62,979 nucleotides of DNA from an uncultured Anaerolineaceae bacterium (lineage in GTDB: Bacteria; Chloroflexota; Anaerolineae; Anaerolineales; E44-bin32), in assembly GCA_964517315.1 (NCBI GenBank), contig CAZFCJ010000004.1, positions 267 through 63,245 on the forward strand, in the 5' to 3' direction. The notes below the pieces were generated by a model. That model was not told where the DNA came from. It saw nothing but the letters and a program-made list of their open reading frames with translations, and searched no databases. Every line of letters begins with the position of its first letter. Position 1 is the stretch's first letter. This document shows positions 17,614 to 25,176 of the stretch, in pieces. The translations under genes were made by a program, and so were the position numbers.

Positions 17614-18019
17614 CCCCTCGACCACAAGCTCCCGGGAGCAGCATTCGGAGAGATGGCCTCCGACTCCCGGTTTCCGGCCTGTGGCCATCCGATTCGTTGT
17701 GGATCAAGGAGAGGAAAAAGTCCATTCGCCAAAGGGGCTGAAACGCCCGGCACTAGCGAAGTGCCGGGCGGCTCCATCGCTCCGCGTGGGGCCATGGCGT
17801 TTCCCGATCATATGCCCAGTGGGGGTCAAATGACCAACGGAGTCGGCCACGGAGGCTCATGGGCCAATTGTCCTCGTGAAGACTGTGTCGAAGGGATTCT
17901 GTCTTGCCCGTCCCCGGGCGTCGCTCAGGATCGCGATGGGGCCAAGGGTCAGCCGCCAGAGGTCATTCTTGGGTTGCACCCTTTCAAACTGGGGTTTGGT
18001 CATGGGATAATCGGATCTC

Positions 18020-19645
18020 ATGGTCCGCCAACCCTCATGGATCCGACTGTTGATCTTGGTGCCACTCTTCGCCGCCTGCGCGGCGCCTCCAGCGGCTGTG
18101 ACGCCTACGCCACAGAGGCCGGATCCGACGCCCACGCCGTTCCAAGCCGAACCGCCGACGGTCACCCCGGGACCGATCCACCTGTGGATTTCACCGGTGC
18201 TGCCCGAGCCCCTGCGCGATTCCGCCGCCGAACTCACAAGCGCGCTTGGCCGGGATGTGACGGTCGTCGAGTCGCCGGAGCAGGCCGATGTCCGCCTCGA
18301 GCCCGGCGCGGAAATCCCCGTGGCGCGTTGGATTTACGCGCTGGTGGCCCCGTTCCCGACGATCACCGACGAGGTCGACGAGGCGACGCTGAGTCGGATC
18401 TGGGCGGGTGAGGGGACGGTGGATCTGGTCGCGGCTGGGGGGACTCTAGCGGCCCTCGAGGGCCATCTAGGTCCGGCGGGGGCTGTCGAGACCGCTCTGC
18501 CGGAGGATCTGCTGGATCGTACCTGGTCCGATGGGGGGAGTTGGGCGGTTGTGCCGTTCGGCGGGCTGGAGCCGCGCTGGAAGGTGCTGCGCGTCGCGGG
18601 CCAATCGCCCATTGACAGAGGCTTCGAACCCAGCGCTTATCCGCTGGCGATTTCGTTCGGCGTGAGCGGCGATCCTTCGCTGGCCGGGGCGGTGGCGCAG
18701 CGGCTCGAGTGGCCGAGCTCGAACCGGAATCCGGGTCTGCTCACTGTGGTAGCCATGACCGGTGTGACGGCCCTCACTCGCGCCACCGCCTGGGCGATCG
18801 AGCGCCAGGGGGTCGACTGGGCTGTGTCGGACGTCGAGCCGTGGTTCGACGAGTCCGATCTGGTCCACGTGAGCCACGAGGTGCCGTTCGCAGTGGATTG
18901 CCCGCCGGTGAACCCCTCGCGCGACATCATGAAGTTCTGCGGCCAGCCGGAGCAAATCGAAGTCCTGGGGCGGATTGGAACCGACGTGGTCGAGCTCACC
19001 GGCAATCATGTCATGGACTGGGGCCCCGAGGCCTTCTCTTACACGCTGGAGGCGTACCGGTCACGGGGTTGGAGGACCTTCGGCGGCGGCTCGAATTTGG
19101 AGGAAGGCTGGGTACCCGCGGTGCTCGAGCACAACGGCCATCGCCTGGCATTTTTGGGCTGCAACGCGGCCGGGCCGGGCTTCGCGTGGGCTACGTCCGA
19201 GAGCCCGGGCGCCACCCCCTGCGACATGGGGCGGCTGCACGCGGAGATCAGCCGCCTGCGAGCGGCGGGCTATCTTCCCGTCGTCACCTTCCAGTGGGCC
19301 GAATCCTACCGGCGCTGGCCGCTCCCTCCGCAGGCCGAGGCCTTCCGCGCTGCGGCCGAGGCCGGCGCGGTGATCGTCAGCGGAAGCCAGGCCCACCAAT
19401 CCCAGGGCTTTGAGTTCGCCGAAGGATCGTTCATTCACTACGGTCCCGGCAACCTGTTTTTCGATCAGATGTGGTCCACCGAAACCCGCCAGGAATTCAT
19501 CGACCGCCATGTGTTCTACGCAGGGCGTCACATCAGCACGGATCTGCGCACAGCATTTCTCGAGGGGTACGCTCGGCCGCGGCCGATGACCGACGTGGAG
19601 CGGGCGGAGTTCCTGGAAGAGGTGTTCTCCGCCAGCGGCTGGTAG
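18020..19645 (+). CDS. CapA/PGA_cap family metallophosphatase-like lipoprotein
   Basis: Lipobox LFAAC; VAMTGV, ELTGNHVMD, FLGCN, SGSQAHQ motifs. Confidence 0.85.
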   Translation: MVRQPSWIRLLILVPLFAACAAPPAAVTPTPQRPDPTPTPFQAEPPTVTPGPIHLWISPVLPEPLRDSAAELTSALGRDVTVVESPEQADVRLEPGAEIPVARWIYALVAPFPTITDEVDEATLSRIWAGEGTVDLVAAGGTLAALEGHLGPAGAVETALPEDLLDRTWSDGGSWAVVPFGGLEPRWKVLRVAGQSPIDRGFEPSAYPLAISFGVSGDPSLAGAVAQRLEWPSSNRNPGLLTVVAMTGVTALTRATAWAIERQGVDWAVSDVEPWFDESDLVHVSHEVPFAVDCPPVNPSRDIMKFCGQPEQIEVLGRIGTDVVELTGNHVMDWGPEAFSYTLEAYRSRGWRTFGGGSNLEEGWVPAVLEHNGHRLAFLGCNAAGPGFAWATSESPGATPCDMGRLHAEISRLRAAGYLPVVTFQWAESYRRWPLPPQAEAFRAAAEAGAVIVSGSQAHQSQGFEFAEGSFIHYGPGNLFFDQMWSTETRQEFIDRHVFYAGRHISTDLRTAFLEGYARPRPMTDVERAEFLEEVFSASGW

Positions 19646-19704
19646 GGCGAACGCATCCGCACCGGTGGGTGGGGCCAGAACTTCCCAGTGGCCGCTGCGC
19701 TCGC

Positions 19705-21234
19705 TCAGACCTCAATCCCGGCCCGCTCGGCGAGGGTCGCCCGGGTCGCGCCCAGGGCGTCCCCTGCGCGTGCGCGCAGGCTCTCGATTTCCCGGAGCCA
19801 AACGCTGACCGCCTCCTCATCGGTGGCGCTCTGCGCGTTGATGTGCACGTTGTACGCCGCAGCGCGCAGTGCGGCCCAGGCCATTTCGGCCGCGGCGGCG
19901 GAGTCACTGACCGCGTTGGCGTTGCCCTTTTCGGTCACTTCGGCGGCCAGCTCGGCCACCCTGGCGGCGTGCTCGGCCACCTCCAGCGGGACGCCGGCGG
20001 CGCTGTGCAGTGCGGTCTCCAACGCTTCGGCTCGGGCCTGCTTCTCCTTCTCGGTCGACTTGGGCATGCGCAGCGCGCCCATCACCGAGTCGAACGCCGC
20101 GGCGTCGCGCGGCACCGCAGCCTCGAGCTCGCCGCGCAGTTCGTCACTGGTGGTCGCGATCTCGCGCATGCGCGGCTCGACCTCAGCGTACTTCTCCTTG
20201 CCCAGCGTCAGCCGGGCTACCATGGCCACCAGCGCCGCGGCCGTGGCCCCGACGTGGGCCGCCGCCGAGCCTCCCCCAGGCGTCGCGCTGCCATCCGCCA
20301 GCTCATCCAGGAAGTTCTCAGTGGGGCCGGCCTCGGCCATCCTGTCGTACAGCCGGGTTTCCAGGAGTTGGTCCGCCTCGAATTGATCGAGCTGGAGGTA
20401 CCAACGGGCGGCGTCGATCAGCGCCTCCTGGGGCGCCAGTCCGACCAGCTCCGCGTGGTGAACTCCCACACCGTAGCGCGCCGCCTCGCGGCGGATCAGC
20501 TCCTGAACCCGGGCGATCGGGCTGCGCCGGTAGTCGGTCAGGTTCATCGAGACTTGGGCCCGGCCGTCCACCTCCAGTCCGATCGACTTGACGTGGCGCA
20601 TTCCACCGGAGGAGTGGCGAATGGCGCGCGCGATCTTCTTGGCGATCTCAACCTCTTCAGTGGTCAGGTAAACGTTGTAGGCGACCAGGGGTGCCCGGGC
20701 TCCGATGACGGTCGCTCCGGCGCTGCCCATCACGGAGGGGCCGAAGTCCGGCTGGCGGTCCGGCTCGCTTTCGATGAGCGCTTTGAGCTGCTCGTACTCA
20801 CCGCGCCGGATGTTCTCCAGGTTCTTGCGGTCCGGGCGGGTGGCGGCTTCCTCGTACAGGTAAACCGGAACGCCGAGCTGGTCTGCGACCTTCTCGCCCA
20901 GCTCGCGCGCCAGCTGCACACAGTCCTCCATGGGCACGCCGCTGATCGGCACGAAGGGCACCACGTCGGCGGCCCCGATGCGCGGGTGCTCACCCCGGTG
21001 AGATTCCATGTCGATGAGCTCCACCGCCTTGGCGATGGCGGAGAAGGCGGCCTTTTTTGCGGCCTCCGGTGGCGCGACGAACGTGATCACGGTGCGGTTG
21101 TGGTCTTCGTCGGAGTGTTGGTCGAGGATGTGGGCGCCGGGGACTTCGTGGATCGCCTTCTCAATCTCGGAGATGACCTCCGGCCGGCGTCCCTCGGAAA
21201 AGTTGGGGATGCACTCGACGAGCGGCTGAGGCAT
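19705..21234 (-). CDS. bifunctional glutamate formimidoyltransferase / formimidoyltetrahydrofolate cyclodeaminase
   Basis: N-terminus LVECIPNFSEGR ... HPRIGAADVVPF. C-terminus SATPGGGSAAAHVGA cyclodeaminase motif. 509 aa. Confidence 0.9.
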   Translation of the reverse strand: MPQPLVECIPNFSEGRRPEVISEIEKAIHEVPGAHILDQHSDEDHNRTVITFVAPPEAAKKAAFSAIAKAVELIDMESHRGEHPRIGAADVVPFVPISGVPMEDCVQLARELGEKVADQLGVPVYLYEEAATRPDRKNLENIRRGEYEQLKALIESEPDRQPDFGPSVMGSAGATVIGARAPLVAYNVYLTTEEVEIAKKIARAIRHSSGGMRHVKSIGLEVDGRAQVSMNLTDYRRSPIARVQELIRREAARYGVGVHHAELVGLAPQEALIDAARWYLQLDQFEADQLLETRLYDRMAEAGPTENFLDELADGSATPGGGSAAAHVGATAAALVAMVARLTLGKEKYAEVEPRMREIATTSDELRGELEAAVPRDAAAFDSVMGALRMPKSTEKEKQARAEALETALHSAAGVPLEVAEHAARVAELAAEVTEKGNANAVSDSAAAAEMAWAALRAAAYNVHINAQSATDEEAVSVWLREIESLRARAGDALGATRATLAERAGIEV

Positions 21235-21351
21235 GCAGGCCTCCTTGGTTGGTGGTGGCTCCTATGGGGATTATATGCTCTGGAAAATGAAAACCGACGG
21301 GCGCCCGTCGGCGGGTTGCTTGATGGTCAAATGGAGTAGCGGGGTGGCTGG

Positions 21352-22062
21352 TCAGCGGTCGGCCTGAAGCTGGAGAGCCTCCCTATCGAGAATGCGAATC
21401 TTCTTGCGGCCGATGTCGATCCAGCCGCGGTCTTTGAATTCGTTGAGCGTCTGTGTGGTCGTTTCCCGGTATGTCCCCAGCATTTCGGCCATGTCCTGGT
21501 GAGTGTAGCCGACGACGTCGTTGCGGCCGTTCTTGTGGCCGGCGAGTTTGATCAGCAAACCTGCGAGCCGGCTGGGGATGCTCTTGAAGGCGAGATCCTC
21601 CAATTTCTCCTCGGCGTCCTGAAGCCGGCGGGCCATCGCCTCCATGAAGCGCAGGGCCACCTGAGGCTTGTTGGTCAGGAGCCGCTCCACATCGATGCGG
21701 CTCATCACACAAAGCAAACACTCGTCGATGGCCTCGGCAAAAGTGTTGTGCATTCCCTGACCGACGATGGACATTTCACCGAAGATCGAGCCCGGTCCGA
21801 CCACCGCCACGACCAATTTCTTGCCCTCGGTCGATAACCGGTAAAGCTGGACCCGACCTTTCTTGAGCAGGAATAGAACCTCTCCGGTCTCCTCGGGCGC
21901 GTAGAAGACTCGACCCGGCTCGCACGTGGTCATGGTCGTGCGCCGGTCCATCTCTTGGACTTCTTCCTTGCTCAGGTCTTGGAAGACTTCGATTTTGGAA
22001 AGCGCTTTGAGTTTCGTCTCGTTCATCGTCATATCCATGGATTTCCGCTCACGGATGATCAT
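21352..22062 (-). CDS. Crp/Fnr family transcriptional regulator
   Basis: cNMP-binding beta-roll (GSIFGEMS) plus a C-terminal HTH (THQDMAEMLGTYRETTTQTL). Confidence 0.9.
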   Translation of the reverse strand: MIIRERKSMDMTMNETKLKALSKIEVFQDLSKEEVQEMDRRTTMTTCEPGRVFYAPEETGEVLFLLKKGRVQLYRLSTEGKKLVVAVVGPGSIFGEMSIVGQGMHNTFAEAIDECLLCVMSRIDVERLLTNKPQVALRFMEAMARRLQDAEEKLEDLAFKSIPSRLAGLLIKLAGHKNGRNDVVGYTHQDMAEMLGTYRETTTQTLNEFKDRGWIDIGRKKIRILDREALQLQADR

Positions 22063-22069
22063 ACCATTT

Positions 22070-22324
22070 TCAGGTGCTGGTCAGCTGCTTCAGATGGTGC
22101 AGCAGCTCGGCCTCGTCCGGGGTGCCGAGGGACCAGGTTTCCCCGTTGAGAAGGTAGGTGGGGACGGCGAAGACGTTGTCCGGAGCGCGGGTCCCAGGCT
22201 GCGAGATGTCGATGACCGATACCTCCACTTCAGGCAGGCGGTCGCGCACGACCTCGGCCACCCGGAACGCGGAATCGCAGTTGAGGCAGTCGGGTTCGAT
22301 GTAGATATCAAGTTGAATGTTCAT
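22070..22324 (-). CDS. small thioredoxin/glutaredoxin-like protein
   Basis: 84 aa, CLNC redox motif at the end of beta-1, VPTYLLNG cis-Pro region. Confidence 0.7.
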   Translation of the reverse strand: MNIQLDIYIEPDCLNCDSAFRVAEVVRDRLPEVEVSVIDISQPGTRAPDNVFAVPTYLLNGETWSLGTPDEAELLHHLKQLTST

Positions 22325-22478
22325 CGGTCCTTTCCCTCACCAAGCAAGGTTAACATTCATCAGAGAAGGGAGGGGTAATCGCCATTACACGGGTCATGGT
22401 CGTTGCGCCAGCAGGGGCGCGAGACCTTAATCCTTCAGTAATCTTTATCTGTTAGCATGCGTTAAGTCAGTCCGTCCC

Positions 22479-23069
22479 GTGAAACATCACTGGAAATTGG
22501 AGGCATCAGCGTCGGCCGTGCGCTCTCACCGCCTACCTCTCATACTGCTGGGCGCCACGCTGCTGTTGGCGGCCTGCCGACAGGGCGCGGCCGCGCCGAC
22601 GGCGGCGCCGACCTTGCCGCCCCCAACTCCGACCGATGTGCCGGCCACTGCGACGCCCACTGAGGTGCAGGAGGCCTCGCCGGCGACGTCGCCGCCCGAA
22701 CCCACGGCGGAGGGACTGGGACCGATCCCCCAAGGCAGCTCCCAACTCAAGGCCAGCAATCCGACCCATGTCGACCTCTCGGCCGGGAAGCCCACGCTCG
22801 TCGAGTTCTTTGCATTTTGGTGACCGACGTGCCAGGCGCTGGCGCCCGTCGTGCACGGGCTCGAGGAAAAGTGGGGCGACCAGGTCAACTTCGTGTATCT
22901 TGACATCGAGGACAGCCGCACCGATTCCTTCAAGCGGCAGCTAGGCTACAACTACCAACCGCACTTCTTCCTGCTGGATGGACAGGGCCAGGTGATCGGC
23001 CAATGGATCGGCTACGTGCAGGGAGAGCAGCTGCAGCGCGCCATGCACCAGGCGCTGCAGGATGGTTAA
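22479..23069 (+). CDS. TlpA/ResA-like thioredoxin-fold lipoprotein with an in-frame TGA in the redox motif (candidate selenoprotein, W-U-P-T-C)
   Basis: ORFs 22479..22823 and 22851..23069 share one frame and are joined by TGA at 22821-22823. Read-through gives LVEFFAFW-U-PTCQALAPV...VNFVYLDIED...PHFFLLDGQG. Lipobox LLAAC. Confidence 0.65.
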
Positions 23070-23289
23070 CGCGGCCGCGCCGTTATTCATCACAGAGTTC
23101 ACATAGAACACAGAGAAATTCTTAGGATTTTCCGTCGAGTTTGCCGGGGAATAGGCTCCCGGGGATCATGCCAGATGCCGGGGACCTGGTTGGAGCAAAG
23201 ACATAAATAACTCCGCGTACCCTGCGTTGTCCGCGGTGAAAGAACTCGCTCCGCTGCCCATGAGACACCTTCCAGTTGTACGGTGAGCC

Positions 23290-24441
23290 TTAAACCTCGC
23301 CGAACAGGTGTTTGGCGATGACCATGCGCTGGACCTCGCTGGTGCCCTCGCCGATCGTCATCAGACGCGCGTCCCTGTAAAGACGCTCCACCGGATACTC
23401 CGGGCTGTAGCCGTAGCCTCCAAAAACCTGTATCGCGTCGCGGCACACCCGTTCGGCCATTTCGGTGGCCTGGAGCTTGGCGATCGAAGCGGCGCGGCTG
23501 AACTCCTTGCCTTGACCTTTCATCCAGGCGGCCCGGTACACCATCGTGCGGGCCGGTTCGATCGCCGCCGCAGCGTCCGCCAGCATGAAGCGCACCGCTT
23601 GATGCTCGGAAAGGGGCCGGCCGAATGTTTCGCGCTCTTGCGCGTAGCGCACGGCCTCCTCCAGCGCGGCTTGCGCCAGGCCAACGGAGATCGCGCTGAT
23701 TCCTACCCGACCTCCGTCGAGCACTTGCAGGACCTGATAGAGGCCTTCGCCGGGCCGGCCCAGGACGTTGTCTGCGGGAACCCGGACCTCCTCGAACGTC
23801 AGCGCGTGGGTGGGCGAGGCGCGCGTGCCGAGCTTTTTCTCCTTGGGGTGGATGGTCAATCCCCCGGCGTCTCCGGGGACGACGATCAGGCTCAACGACC
23901 CCGAGCCGCCCGCCGGGTCGGTCCGGCACAGGGTCACGATCCATGGCGCGAGGCTGGCGTTCGTGATCCAGGCCTTGTTGCCGCTGATGACCCAGTGGTC
24001 GTCCTCCTGTTCGGCCTTGGTCTGTACGCCGCCGGCGAGATCGGATCCCGCCCCCGGCTCGGTCAGTGCGAGCGCGCCCAGCCCGCGCTCGCCGGAGGCT
24101 AGATCCGGCAGCCAGCGCTCCTTCTGCTCGCCGGTGCCAAACCGGGCGATCGGTTCGCACGCCAGGCCGTTGTGCGCGGCCACCGAGAGGGCGGTGCCGC
24201 CGCAGGCCCAGCCGAGTTCTTCCACGGCAATAGCGGCGCTCACCGGATCCACCCCGGCCCCGCCGTACTCCTCCGGGACGTTGAGACCGAGCAGGCCCAG
24301 CGGCCCCATCTTGTCCAGCGCGGGCTGGTGCAGGTGTCCTTCGGTGTCCATCTCCGCCGCGTGCGGTTTGACCTCCTGAGCGGCGAATTCGTGCACCGCC
24401 TGCCGCCACATTCGTTGTTCGTCGGTGAGGGAGAAGTTCAT
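23290..24441 (-). CDS. acyl-CoA dehydrogenase
   Basis: 383 aa. ALTEPGAGSD, QVFGGYGY, IGEGTSEVQR motifs. Confidence 0.95.
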   Translation of the reverse strand: MNFSLTDEQRMWRQAVHEFAAQEVKPHAAEMDTEGHLHQPALDKMGPLGLLGLNVPEEYGGAGVDPVSAAIAVEELGWACGGTALSVAAHNGLACEPIARFGTGEQKERWLPDLASGERGLGALALTEPGAGSDLAGGVQTKAEQEDDHWVISGNKAWITNASLAPWIVTLCRTDPAGGSGSLSLIVVPGDAGGLTIHPKEKKLGTRASPTHALTFEEVRVPADNVLGRPGEGLYQVLQVLDGGRVGISAISVGLAQAALEEAVRYAQERETFGRPLSEHQAVRFMLADAAAAIEPARTMVYRAAWMKGQGKEFSRAASIAKLQATEMAERVCRDAIQVFGGYGYSPEYPVERLYRDARLMTIGEGTSEVQRMVIAKHLFGEV

Positions 24442-24462
24442 GGGGTCCTCAGGTCTAGGAGC

Positions 24463-25167
24463 TTATGGCCGGTGTGGATGGAAAAATCTATCTTCGGTCC
24501 ATTTGACTGGATTGCTGATGATGTATTCCTCAATCCTCCTGAGTTCATCATCATCTCGGATGATCCGATCATAGTAGTTTCGCTGCCAAAGTCTGTCTGG
24601 GAACCGTGGCCATCCCTCTCGCTTGACCTGCCGAATATAGTGGAGTGTAGTGATCGATTTGAATCCCTGAATCACGCGACCCAATGATCCTGGCCTTGTT
24701 CCACTCGGAACCCTGCTATCACGTGAGGAATTGGCTGATCTCGGACTGGTCTGTTGGTCATTGTCGTCGGGGCGAACACCAGGTTCGCCCCTACGAATGG
24801 GAGGGGGTAGATTCCAGTCCGCGACTTCACCTTCATTTCCGTAGGGGCGATCCTTGTGATCGCCCTGGTCTTCCTCGCGGTCACCTGGCTCGTGGGTGTC
24901 AAGAATATGTACGATCCCGTGAATGTGGTTAGGCATGACGATATGAGGGCCAAGTTCGATGTAAGGAAATCGCTCTGGAAGCCCGGTCCAGACCCTGTCT
25001 ATCATCCGTCCTCCATCGTTTGGAACTAACTTGTCATTTCGGACCACTCCAAACAATGGAATGCGTCCCTCTGTGACTATCGTGACAAAATACGCCCCAA
25101 GCGATCGATAATCCCATCCAGCCAACCGCCGGCCCGAACGACGCTTCCGATGTCCAGACACAATCAT
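24463..25167 (-). CDS. IS200/IS605-type Y1 (HUH) transposase-like protein, RAYT-like
   Basis: GAYFVTIVT, HUH motif MPNHIHGIV, C-terminal LWQRNYYDRIIR. Lower GC than its neighbours. A variable insert carries two hairpins. Confidence 0.8.
   Translation of the reverse strand: MIVSGHRKRRSGRRLAGWDYRSLGAYFVTIVTEGRIPLFGVVRNDKLVPNDGGRMIDRVWTGLPERFPYIELGPHIVMPNHIHGIVHILDTHEPGDREEDQGDHKDRPYGNEGEVADWNLPPPIRRGEPGVRPDDNDQQTSPRSANSSRDSRVPSGTRPGSLGRVIQGFKSITTLHYIRQVKREGWPRFPDRLWQRNYYDRIIRDDDELRRIEEYIISNPVKWTEDRFFHPHRP
24766..24794. repeat. REP-like hairpin (GTcGGGGCGAAC-accag-GTTCGCCCCTAC) inside the RAYT ORF
   Basis: 12-bp stem with one mismatch. Confidence 0.8.
24844..24866. repeat. REP-like hairpin (GGGCGATC-cttgt-GATCGCCC) inside the RAYT ORF
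   Basis: 8-bp perfect stem preceded by GTAG. Confidence 0.75.
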
Positions 25168-25176
25168 CCTCCCCCC

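Noticed and set aside
17711-17723. RNase P P4-like string GAGGAAAAAGTCC.
   Set aside because: It has AAAAA rather than the invariant GGAAAGUCC context. No matching ACAGAANCCGGCUUA 3' strand or other conserved regions lie nearby.
19471-21339. 622-aa plus-strand ORF, the longest unassigned ORF in the track.
   Set aside because: It is fully antisense to the well-supported FTCD gene. The sequence is R/G/A/L/V-rich with no recognisable motif, which is the typical shadow ORF of high-GC coding DNA.
22349-22363. FNR/CRP-like box GTTAACATTCATCAG in the divergent spacer upstream of the grx-like/crp operon.
   Set aside because: It matches only about half of TTGAT-N4-ATCAA, which is not distinguishable from chance.
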